A stretch of 32,416 nucleotides of DNA, taken from the NCBI RefSeq assembly GCF_001194135.2, contig NC_068999.1, positions 37,591,289 to 37,623,704 on the forward strand, read 5' to 3'. Positions 11,221-22,248 of this stretch are shown here, piece by piece. The translations under genes and the position numbers were made by a program. A model generated the notes under the pieces. That model worked only from the letters and a program-made list of their open reading frames with translations, did no database searches and was not told where the DNA came from. Source of the DNA: Octopus bimaculoides. Taxonomy: Eukaryota. Within the stretch, counting starts at the first letter, position 1. Each line of letters begins with the position of its first letter.

Positions 11221-11545
11221 ATTACGATACAAATTCTTATAGACGGAAGTATAGTGACGTACTTGACCCGTTCATATTAGTAATAATGAACGGGAGAAAG
11301 TGCACTCAACACATGAATTAGAGTATAAATAATTTATTGGGCTGAAAGTCAGTTGTTATCAGTTTCGAGTTTACTCAAGTATACGCTTCGACAGACGGCA
11401 GTTATAGTGGAAGAAATAATGGCTAAAGGGAAATTGAAAATCTAGTATTTGTTATTCTTTGGTTCCGCTACGACATTTAGGAGATGAAGCGTGGATTCAC
11501 GGAAATGGGACGTTAACATCTAATAGCTTTCAACTCAATAAATCA

Positions 11546-11586
<41 letters not shown>

Positions 11587-11737
11587 GGGGTGAAGGTGTT
11601 TCTGTGTGTATGTATGCACACACGTGTGCACAAATACACACACATACATACATATACGTAGCGTGGTGGGTGGGTGTATAGACACACTAATGAATAATGA
11701 CATTTTTCATCGAAACTTTTTAGTAATTAATTTGCGC

Positions 11738-11776
<39 letters not shown>

Positions 11777-12021
11777 CGAGCAATATCGAACACCCACACA
11801 CAAGATATATATTTTGGTAGTTCGTGGACGAGCTGCGGTTATAGGTGTAAGAAAGTAGATCAATTCGCCTGGTGTTAAAACAGCTGGAAACTATAGACAA
11901 GCGAGATAATTCTTATATGGCCCCGTTCAGAAGAGAAAGACATCGGTGACTCGTCATTTTTGTGATTTGTCAATATCGCGTACGTAAAATGAGACTCGAT
12001 GTTAGCTAAATCGCGGCATAT

Positions 12022-12056
<35 letters not shown>

Positions 12057-12093
12057 GATAGATAGATAGATATAAATAGATACACACACATAC

Positions 12094-12096
<3 letters not shown>

Positions 12097-12184
<88 letters not shown>
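12097..12184. repeat. (GA)n microsatellite
   Basis: Seen directly. Confidence 0.97.
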
Positions 12185-12186
<2 letters not shown>

Positions 12187-13276
12187 TAAAATACAGATAC
12201 ATATACATAAGTATATTCACACTTACACATACACAGTAGTACACACGCGTGTGTGCACTACGTTGCGTTAATTTTGTCCAGATCCAGGGTATCTATGATT
12301 TAGTGGGCCTTTAATGAAGGGGTAAGTTTTGTCTGTCAGAGGGGAGCTCATCCCACCATAACCTGGTCATTTCTTGTAGGACGAGCGACCAGCCACATAG
12401 AGACAATTGTGCTCGTGAAACTAATAGTCTTTTTGCAAGGAGTATTACTCTACCACAAACACTAACGCAGAGTGAGAGAGAGGGGGGGGAGGGGAGCAAG
12501 TTATCCCTCTACATTACGAGGAGATCAATATTGTCTTATCTACACAATGACTATCGCCAAGGTAAAACAAAATCCCAAACTGTCAACTGTGACAAATTCC
12601 TGTCCGTATGTCGATGTGCGTACATGTGTGTGTGGTTGCATGCGTACGTGTGTGTGTGTGTGTGTGTGTGTGCGTTTATTAACGCGAATTATTTTATATC
12701 TCCACAACTGTGTGATGTAAGGAAGCAGAAATTTGATCGGAATAATAATTAATTCCTTATCCAGAAAGATAAATATTTTGAACGATCGCACGAACACACA
12801 CACACACACACACACACATATCCCCTCCCCCACATCCCCTCCACCCACATACATCACCCCCACACGCATCACCCACACACATCACCCCCATATACACATC
12901 ATCCATCCACCCACCCACACACATCTACGTAAGCAACACGAGCAAACACACAACGCAATCTTACCTACACTTATACAATCACGCACATCAACATAAAGAC
13001 ACAGACACATACTTCGGTATAAGCACGTACATATGTGCGAAAAGACACACAGATATTTGCACAAACTCATGCGAATACATGAATCAACACACGCTTACCT
13101 GCACGCCCACACACACACGGATGCCAGATAAGCAAATCTACAAAACACACACACACGCTCTCCGTAATGTACACACATGCACTTACACATACACATATAT
13201 ACATACACACGCATGACCATATACACTCACAGAGGCACGTAAACACATCTAAAAATACACACACACACACACGTGT

Positions 13277-13309
<33 letters not shown>

Positions 13310-13469
13310 TACAATCCAACGGTTTCAAATACAGAAGCGTTCCACATGTGTCGGCAACATTGTTTATGAATAGTAACGATAATAAAATGGCCGAAGGGGA
13401 AATAATATCGGAGGAGGTGGAGAGGCATTCTATATATAAAATGCACAAACGACACCAACACACACACAT

Positions 13470-13940
13470 ACGTTAAAACGTGTGTTGAATAGATTCAATC
13501 AACTCAGATTATCCACGTAATTGATAATTCAATGAAACTCCCTCCTAAAATGTTTAAACCCTAGAAACAGGAAGCAAGGGAGATAATTTTAACAAGCTCA
13601 GTAGACCGAAATGTAATTGACAGGACCGTGAACAATATATTCTTTTCTACTCTAGGCACAAGGCCTGAAATTTTGTGGGAGGGGGTCCAGTCGATTAGAT
13701 AAATCGCAGTACGAAACTTGTACTTAATTTATTGACCCCGAAAGGATGAAAGGCAAAGTTGACCTCGGCGGAATTTGAACTCGGAACGTAACGACAGACG
13801 ATACAGGACCAGGAACAGTGTATGTTACATTGTGAGTTGAAGAGTTTCGATTACCTCAGATTATCCAAGCAATTGATAATACAATGAAACTCCCTCCGAG
13901 GATGTTTAAAACTAAATGAGATAATTTTACTAAAACGAGC
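13470..13940 (+). repeat. Diverged direct duplication (about 120-170 bp units) flanking a SINE
   Basis: ctcagattatccacgtaattgataattcaatgaaactccctcc (about 13503) matches ctcagattatccaagcaattgataatacaatgaaactccctcc (about 13855). Both continue to gagataatttt. Confidence 0.85.
13645..13804 (-). mobile_element. tRNA-derived SINE family A, 5'-truncated
   Basis: ttctactctaggcacaaggcctgaaatttt...gttgacctcggcggaatttgaactcggaacgtaacgacagacga. Confidence 0.9.
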
Positions 13941-14044
13941 ACATTGAAACTTTTTTTTGATATTATAAAACGATGCTAACCGGAAGAAGGAATTTGGTGC
14001 TGAATTATTGTACTTCGTCAGCTAAATATATTCCATTCATCTGG

Positions 14045-14077
<33 letters not shown>

Positions 14078-14344
14078 GGGGGGTGTAATTGCGTGTGCAT
14101 ATATCTATGTATCAACATCAATGCACATACAAATACACACACACACACACACACACAGACACACGCACGCACACATATATACACACATACACAAGCACAC
14201 ACACACACACACACATACACAGAACCTGCTTATGTTGTTTACGGGCATTAACGACGTAGCTGTGGTATGTTTTCAAACACGAGTTTTTCCTTCTTTGGAT
14301 ATCGGAGACAAGGGAATTCATGTATGTATTAGTACCGCACGACG

Positions 14345-14383
14345 TAGCTGCAGCAGCAGCAGCAACAACAGCAGCAGCAGCAA

Positions 14384-14417
<34 letters not shown>

Positions 14418-14510
14418 TGTCGTCGTCGTCGTCATCACCGTCGTCGTCGTCGTCGTAGTAGTAGTAGTAGGAGGAGGAGGATGAGGAGGAGGAGGTGGAG
14501 CTACTATTAA
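14345..14510. repeat. Compound trinucleotide array (CAG)(CAA)(TAG)(CGT)(TAG)(GGA)
   Basis: Seen directly. Confidence 0.97.
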
Positions 14511-14767
14511 TGAATATGGAAAGGGAGAAAGGAAGAAGGAAAGTCGAGATATATGGAAGACCGAATCTTGAGAACAATAAGAAAACAAAGAATGAGAAGT
14601 AGACATCGAAATAAACAGGTCGATACGGGTGGAGAGGAAAAGACTCAGCATCTTCATCATTATAACCATCACGTCATCATCATCATCATCATCATCATAA
14701 TAATAACAACAACAACGTCGCTAATGACAATAGCAATGATAAAGATGATGACGGTAATTACAATGAT

Positions 14768-15315
14768 ATTTCCTGATGCAGTACCAGGCAGTGGCTCTCG
14801 TGGCTTTTCATCTGAACTGATTGGCGGTGTTATCATGTACTTTGTTTTGTCTTGGCATAAAAAGATGGACCACAGCAAATATTCTGCTTAATACCACAGA
14901 TTTGCTTGTCAGTTGCTTGACCATAACCAGTTGGGTATGTCCCTTGGTGGCTGACGATATTTGAGTTTCTGATCCTGAGCAGAAGTAATGGGGGAACATC
15001 ATTGCCATGTGTTGAGGGGAATCCTTTGGAATTTGGATAATTTACTTCTGGAAACATAGGTGTTTCGTTTAACATCCTTAAACAGCCCTTATTCAAGGAC
15101 CGTTTGAGCGTGATGGGCTGATCAGCCTGAACAAAATTCTAACTGGGCCCCACCTGTAGGGTCATGCGTTGTTTATCTAGATGTGATGAGATCACCATGT
15201 CGCACACATATTGTTGTGATGGATGTGCTGGTGTACCCTTCACCAATGGGTAATCATGATGAGTATACTGGACTTTGTATATTTTAACCCAGTGTCACTT
15301 TGATGGCAGGCACTC

Positions 15316-15372
<57 letters not shown>

Positions 15373-15375
15373 AAT
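14768..15375 (+). mobile_element. Unclassified ~550-bp interspersed repeat, copy 2, with (AAT)n tail
   Basis: Homologous to 5455-5755 over about 320 bp. It ends in cactc followed by (AAT)n at 15316-15375 and starts right after a trinucleotide microsatellite. The 5' boundary is approximate. Confidence 0.8.
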
Positions 15376-15856
15376 AAAGAAGCACCCATATGAACAAGGG
15401 TTAGATACCAAGTATATGAAGTACAGAATAGACAACACTACGGATAGCGACAAATGCAGAATATGTGGTGAGAGGGGTGAAACGGTATGGTACATCGTTA
15501 ACGAATGCCCGAACTTGGCACAATGCAAATGCAAAAGGCGCCATGACAATGTGACAAGAACGATCCATTGGGACTCTGTGGAAATCACGGCCTACAAAGA
15601 GCAAAGACGTAACCAAAGCAGCAGGACTTACGAATGTACATAGCATGCAGAAGATAGCATTACTAGACACCGTGCACATCCTACATGTAGCACTTTCTAT
15701 ACAGTAAAACTAAGAGCATCACAACAAACCACAGCACATACCCAAGGCACACAGAGCCGCGTTCGGTAGTGTAACCAAAACACGGGATAAAAATAAGACT
15801 ACTGAATAACAACAACAACAACAGCAACAACAACTACAATAACAACAACAATAATA
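15376..15856 (+). mobile_element. RLE-type non-LTR retrotransposon fossil: CCHC zinc knuckle joined to the ORF end, 3'UTR and (AAC)n tail
   Basis: LDTKYMKYRIDNTTDSDKCRICGERGETVWYIVNECPNLAQCKCKRRHDNVTRTIHW (knuckle 15455-15508, expected H replaced by Y, followed by RHD). Then HSMQKIALLDTVHILHVALSIQ* (stop 15705-15707), a 3'UTR, and (AAC)n from about 15807. Confidence 0.9.
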
Positions 15857-16277
15857 TCGTCGTCATCATCATCATCAAAATCCAGTTTGTAAATTTAACT
15901 GCGGAGTTAATTAGTTTTTCAATTTCAAAATTCCTCACTAAGCCTGAGTTCCATCATTACCAGAGATTACCACCACCAGCACCAATCATCATCTCTCCTC
16001 CTACTACTACCTTTATTACCAGCCCTCTCACCCTAACCCCAACCTTCCCTACCAACCAACAGTCAGAAAACTTGGTTAAACAGATTAAATTGAAGAAATT
16101 GTTTTAATAATCACATTTTGATTTACTGTATTTATAAATACCTTGTTTTCTACTTATTTTGGGTATTGTATCTACAAATTGATTCCTGCTAGTTTTCTTA
16201 CCGAAAAGTCAACAACAGCAGCAGCAGCTGTGACAGCTTCCGAAACTACAACAGACACCACCGTCACTACTTCAACC

Positions 16278-16310
<33 letters not shown>

Positions 16311-16599
16311 GCAACAACATTTCGCTGTCTGCGTTGTCACTGCAGTTTGGAAAGACAACCGAGAAGTTGAAGAGTTTGTTCTACGGAAAGACAAAAGTGT
16401 AACAATAGAAAAGGCGGAAAGAAATTGATTCATCTCAAAGTCAAACAATTTGAAGAATAAATAAAATAAAGTAAGCTGTTGATATCAAGATTATAAAGAT
16501 CTGCGCTGATCTCCTTAAAATAGTTTTCAAGGATTATGGTGGGGGTAATGTAGGAAAACTTCCAAATTGAAGATAGTTAAAGGTTAGTCATAAAGACCC

Positions 16600-17650
16600 C
16601 TATGACCAGAAGCTAAAAACGCGAACACTACTTCAGCTCAAAATCACGATGCCATATATCAAATACATCCTGAGACGCCCTCAATCACTCCCCTCCTGGT
16701 TGAATATGATATCAAATCCTCCTTCATACAGCAATAATCACGTAACGTTTGGAAAGTCCATGACTTTCCTCAAAAGCAGTTTGGTTTTGAAAGACAATAA
16801 ATACGACACTCTTAAAGCTGGAAATTCAGTGAGCCAAGACGTGAGCAGATGTGGAAGTAGGAGCGCTTTCAGATTTGTCACCGTTGGTGCTTCCATAGGG
16901 GGTGGTAGCTGGATGCTTTGGCGATTCTCATCTCTTGTGTGCAATTAGGCGACCGGAATAGCATTATAAATGTGCAGAGGGATGATGTAGACGTAGACAA
17001 GAGGAGAGGGTTTGTAAAAGCATTGCGTTTGTGTGTGTATGAGAGTGTATATGCCTCGAGTTCTTGGACTAAATACATCATTCTCGGCACACAGTTAAAG
17101 ATTTTGGTAAAGGTATTCACCAAAAGATTGGTACTGACTGTTGGTCTTTTAGTTCTCGATTCACAAACATTTACGATTCGCGTTATATGATAATCTTCAT
17201 CTCATGCGATGGTACATCGTAGAGCTGGGCGGCACAAAATCTAGGGTTGCTGACGTCAGGATTTATGTAGAATGGCTGTTGTCTCATGTGCGGTAAATGT
17301 GGCTATTGCCGAGTTCAGCATAGAAATCGATCTACCGCTTTTTCTTTGACAGGGCTGGACTGGAAGTTCTTCTCTTTGTAGAGTGAATGACGTTCTGCGC
17401 TGAATGAGCTTGAAAGAATTGAAGATAGGCACCTTATCCTTCGATCAAGCTTTCATCACCTTTTTCAAGTTCATCTTGAAATTGAAAATAAGGCTGTAGA
17501 AAGATGATCTCTCCAGTGAACTTTGAACTGGCGGGTGACAGTAGAGAAAGGGTGAATAGAACTACGCCTGCAGACTGGGGAACCCTCATGTTCTTGGTGC
17601 TCAGAGCGCCCTTGGATGTGTGGGCTTCTATTACTGGCCCTAATTGAAGG
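16600..17650 (-). mobile_element. Heavily degraded, internally deleted RTE-clade LINE RT region
   Basis: Ordered minus-strand motifs across frameshifts: HWRDH, ELEK/VMKA*SKDKVP, NVIH/LYKEK, RSISMLNS, VNTFTKIFNCVPR, RIAKAS, GKSWT. They correspond to RTE RWxEH, KAI..GKAP, IIHLYKxKG, RGISLL, VDxTKAFDxVxR, RIAKAS and ETWT. Confidence 0.55.
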
Positions 17651-17774
17651 TTATCCTCTATGACGAGGTCTCTAATGTTCACATATTCGTATATGTTGTA
17701 TATTATGTATAATTTAGAGATCATTCTCCCCCATAAATTTCCCCACACTCAAGTTTTCCTCATGGGAATTGGAG

Positions 17775-17945
17775 CTTGTCTTTGAAATACTCCTTCCATC
17801 TCGACCCTATTCTGGTATCCCGCGGAGGTCGACTTTGACATTCATCCCTCTGTGATGGATAAAATAGAATACCAGTCAAGTATTGGAGTAATTAGTATCG
17901 ATTACTCGTCAAAATCTTTGGCTCGGAACCAAAATCACAAACCGT
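17775..17945 (+). mobile_element. Degenerate SINE family A
   Basis: cgcggaggtcgactttgacattcatccctctgtgatggataaaatagaataccagtcaagtattgg matches the family body. Confidence 0.75.
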
Positions 17946-18034
17946 TATTACTTCTTATCGTTGTATTAATAGTAGCGATAGGAACTGTAGTCGCTGTAAT
18001 GGCAAAGAAATCGTGTATTTTTCAATTTACGTTG

Positions 18035-18110
18035 ACGATGAACTTTCGTCATTTAACAATGAACTTTCGTATATTTAACGATGAACTTTCGTCATTTAAT
18101 GATGAAAATT
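18035..18110. repeat. 21-22 bp minisatellite, about 3.5 copies (acgatgaactttcgtcattta)
   Basis: Units start at 18035, 18056 and 18078, with a partial unit at 18099. Confidence 0.92.
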
Positions 18111-18665
18111 CATTTGACAATCAGTTGATTTACCTGCCTATGAATTAACATCTTAGTGGCTGAATATTCCAAAGAGACGTGTAGCTATAACGTGATTCTC
18201 AGACAGAACCTACATGACAGAGCGTGTGCGTGCGCGCGCGCGTATGTGCGTGTGTGTGTGTGTACGTGTGTGTGTGTGTGCGTGTGTGTGTGTACGAGAG
18301 AGCGACATGGCTGTACATTTTCAGTTATACAATCCCATGAAAAGGCTTTTTTATAGTTTCCATCTATCCAGTTTCATTCATGAGTTATGATCGACTAGAC
18401 ATTATAGAAGATTACACAGTGATATTGAAACCGAGAACTCGTGATTGCAAAATAAACTTAACTAGTTGGCCACACCGTGCTTACACTCATATCGATCACA
18501 TTGAATATTGTGTGATGCAACGTCATTATGTAGAGTAGTAACGAAAGCTTAACACATATGTGTGTGGATTGATGTGTATATATGTGCATATATTGATGTG
18601 TATGTATGCAAGTGTACGTACACACACACACACAAGTATATATATATATATATATATATATATAT

Positions 18666-19090
18666 NNNNNNNNNNNNNNNNNNNNNNNNNNNNNNNNNNN
18701 NNNNNNNNNNNNNNNNNNNNNNNNNNNNNNNNNNNNNNNNNNNNNNNNNNNNNNNNNNNNNNNNNNNNNNNNNNNNNNNNNNNNNNNNNNNNNNNNNNNN
18801 NNNNNNNNNNNNNNNNNNNNNNNNNNNNNNNNNNNNNNNNNNNNNNNNNNNNNNNNNNNNNNNNNNNNNNNNNNNNNNNNNNNNNNNNNNNNNNNNNNNN
18901 NNNNNNNNNNNNNNNNNNNNNNNNNNNNNNNNNNNNNNNNNNNNNNNNNNNNNNNNNNNNNNNNNNNNNNNNNNNNNNNNNNNNNNNNNNNNNNNNNNNN
19001 NNNNNNNNNNNNNNNNNNNNNNNNNNNNNNNNNNNNNNNNNNNNNNNNNNNNNNNNNNNNNNNNNNNNNNNNNNNNNNNNNNNNNNNNNT
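18666..19090. other. Assembly gap (N-run)
   Basis: 425 N bases between (TA)n arrays. Confidence 1.
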
Positions 19091-20339
19091 ATATATATAT
19101 ATATATATGAATATACTTGCATGTGTACAGACCACACGCATGCACACACACACACATACACACACACACACAAAATGATACATAAGTATACATCAAATCA
19201 ATACATTTTGTTTAATCTAATTCCAACGAACACCACAAGGGACTCCATTATTCTTTGCTCTGTCGGAATTTCTCGCAATTTTCCAAAAACAAAAAGGTTG
19301 GAAGAAACAATGCCCCCTTTTTACCTTGTAGCTAAATACACTGAATCTATGGCGACGCTACTGGCTTATTCATTGTGATGCAACTTCGCCATTTTCTCTG
19401 TCGATGCTGCAGATGTCCTGCTGTTTGAAGCAAATATCGTATGCTTTGGGCGAGAGAGATACGGAAAATATATTAGAAAAGAATACGTGACATTAACTAG
19501 ACCTCTCCATATATTATATTCATCTTAGTAAACGAGGCTGAAGCAAAAAGTCTGCTGAGAATGATGCCTTACGGATCTTTTCGGAGTATGTTATAGAATA
19601 ATTTGACAGTAAAGTCTGAGTCGGCTGAATGTTTACACAACACCGTTATCTTCTCCGGCACATTCCAGAAACACAAGCATACACACACTCAAACACATAA
19701 AAACACATAAATCTCATACATGTATGTGTGTATTTATGTAAGCGTGTATGTGTATGTATGCATATGTGGTATGACGTTTGAATATATATGATTCGTTACA
19801 ATTGGCCATATGTTTTGGTCTGCTCGAACAAAGTATTTTGAAACGAATGAGGTATTAGTTTGATTTGTGGAATTTATAGTAAAGAATGGAGTGATATATT
19901 TAATAAGTGGCTTTTCTAAACAGACGATTGAGATGTTTTGTAATGAAATGAATCGAGATAAGTAGGTGTGAGTGGTACGTGAATTGCTGAAGTTGAAGTG
20001 TCATCATTAAATATATAGAGAAAATACGAGGGGAAATTTGAATTTGGTAACATATGTGAGTGGAACAGAAATATTTTTGATGTGTGAAGTTCATAGAAAG
20101 CAATAAAAGATGTTTATCTCTGTTAAAGCTAGGCTCAGAGCACCGCTGGACAAGGCGATGCATGCCAATTTCTTATGTACATATACTTATATATATCATG
20201 TGTGTGTGTATGTGTGTGCGTGCGTATGTGTATGTATATGAGTGTGTGTATGAGTGTATGTATGTATGTATGTATGTATGTATGTATGTGTGAATGTATG
20301 GAAGGTCCACGGAAGTGAGTGTGTAAATGTAAAATGTAG

Positions 20340-20698
20340 ATGTGTGTTGTGAGCTTGCCCCCTCATGAAACTATGTCAACATTTTCGAATCCTGAATACC
20401 AAAAAATTCAAATGTCGATAAATAGCTAAACCAGCAATAACATATAAATTAATTGAAATAAGATAAATAAATAATGGCAAAATAAATTTAATTAGTAAAA
20501 AAATTCAATTCCTGATTCAACCGTAATAAATGAAATTGATAAGGCTATGAGAAAAAAATGCCAGTAAAATGTCGGAAAATATGTCACCAGGTTGATGGAA
20601 TCTGAACATTTCGTTTATATGTTAGCGCTATAATTATGGTTCCTTCTATGGAGTCTATGTATATGTGACTGTGTGTGTTTGTGTTTTGAGAATATGCG

Positions 20699-20740
<42 letters not shown>

Positions 20741-21086
20741 ATGATGTGTATTTTATGTTTGTATATACGTATATTACATATATAGGCGGATAAAAATATA
20801 TATCTGGTCGCATATAATACATGGATGAGTATATATACGGAAACATGCACACATATATTCATTGATATTAAAATCTAATTGTCTACATATCAGCATATCA
20901 GCATATACACGTAATATATTTGTGGTTTTACGTATATGTGTGTTATGTGTGTGTGTGCGCGTGTGCGCGTGTGTGTGTTTGTGTGTGTGTGTGGCAAACG
21001 AAATGCGTGTGAACTAGTTCAAAATGTTGTGAAGTTCAATTTATTATTATTATTGTTATTATTATTATAATACCGACAAGAATGTA

Positions 21087-21117
<31 letters not shown>

Positions 21118-21655
21118 ATATATATNNNNNNNNNNNNNNNNNNNNNNNNNNNNNNNNNNNNNNNNNNNNNNNNNNNNNNNNNNNNNNNNNNNNNNNNNNN
21201 NNNNNNNNNNNNNNNNNNNNNNNNNNNNNNNNNNNNNNNNNNNNNNNNNNNNNNTATATATATATATACAAATTAAAAGGGTAAAAGATTATCAATATAT
21301 ATATATATATATATATACAAATTAAAAGGGTAAAAGATTATCAATATATATATATATATATATATATATAGATAGATAGATAGATAGAGGGATGGATTTC
21401 TGTGTTTATATGCACCCGAATACGTGTGAACTTGTTCAAAATGTTGTGAAGTTCTATTCCTGAATGACAATATTAAGATATCGATAAATTCTAAAAATCG
21501 ATTTGAAGATATAACGTAATTGCAATAAAAATATAAATTACAAACAAGAGAAACAAAGACAATTAATAATAGTATTTTTGTTCATTAGTTAATGAGAGAA
21601 TTTGATGAGTTACTTGGGAAAAAGTCGGTAAAATGTCATAAAATATCAGTCAGGA
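20340..21655 (+). repeat. Old degenerate tandem duplication interrupted by microsatellites
   Basis: 20390-20590 resembles 21458-21650 (tcctgaat..tcgataaat..; gtaaaatgtc..aaaatat). 21006-21037 is near-identical to 21423-21454 (cgtgtgaact[a/t]gttcaaaatgttgtgaagttc). Confidence 0.75.
21126..21254. other. Assembly gap (N-run)
   Basis: 129 N bases between (TA)n arrays. Confidence 1.
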
Positions 21656-21747
21656 GGTAGCTGGAAGTGTTTGCATTTGGTTTGTGTGCCAATTCTATGT
21701 TTGGGATTGCATCAACGTCGTGAGTTTTGCCTGTTGTACACCCACAC

Positions 21748-21790
<43 letters not shown>

Positions 21791-21837
21791 ATGCATTTCT
21801 GCATCCATACATTTATACATACATACACCTATCTTCA

Positions 21838-21877
21838 TGTGGGTCCCTAGTTATGGGTCCCTGGTTGTGGGTCCCTG
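21838..21877. repeat. 14-bp minisatellite, 3 copies (tgggtccct[a/g]gtt[a/g])
   Basis: Seen directly. Confidence 0.92.
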
Positions 21878-22032
21878 TGAACGTTCTTCAATATCGACAT
21901 TTTTTCGGTCATCTTGGAAACGTCTGAACTACTCGCACACTTGTGTGTAGCTCTTATACCCCTCCCCACACACTTTCTGCAACTTTGCGTAGGCCTCTGA
22001 GCAGGTGTCGCCATGACAACTTTCTCTGTCAT
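21870..22032 (-). mobile_element. Mariner transposase N-terminal HTH remnant
   Basis: The minus strand reads MTEKV / GDTCSEAYAKLQKVCGEGYKSYTQVCE*FRRFQDDRKNVDIEERSQGP. This matches the mariner pattern GxTAxExYxxLQKVYGExxxSxxQVxEWFxRFxxGRxxVxDxxRSGRP, with W mutated to a stop and a short deletion after MTEKV. No TIRs recognised. Confidence 0.8.
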
Positions 22033-22216
22033 AGTCAACGCGACGATCACACGTTACACACGTTCTTTCTAAGTTAGCTTGGCGATAACTATTTATACCC
22101 AGTAGTGTTGCCGTAGTCTCCTTTAGAGAGATTTGAAAATAATTATATTTTTACTTTTGAAAATCAGTGGATGTGTTCCACTGAATATATATTAACCTTC
22201 GAACAGACAGTGCATA

Positions 22217-22248
<32 letters not shown>

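Noticed and set aside
14015-14021. CTGACGA on the minus strand (and CTGAAGA near 5554, 6557, 6810 and 25261)
   Set aside because: No stem II/GAAA arrangement; consistent with chance heptamers.
18035-18110. CRISPR-like palindromic repeats
   Set aside because: The units are directly adjacent with no spacers, there are no cas genes, and the context is eukaryotic.
19325-19420. 96-nt minus-strand exon-like block (ttcaaacag|...aag|gtaaaa)
   Set aside because: It has stop codons in all three frames, a weak pyrimidine tract and no recognisable protein. Only RNA-seq could rescue it as a non-coding exon.
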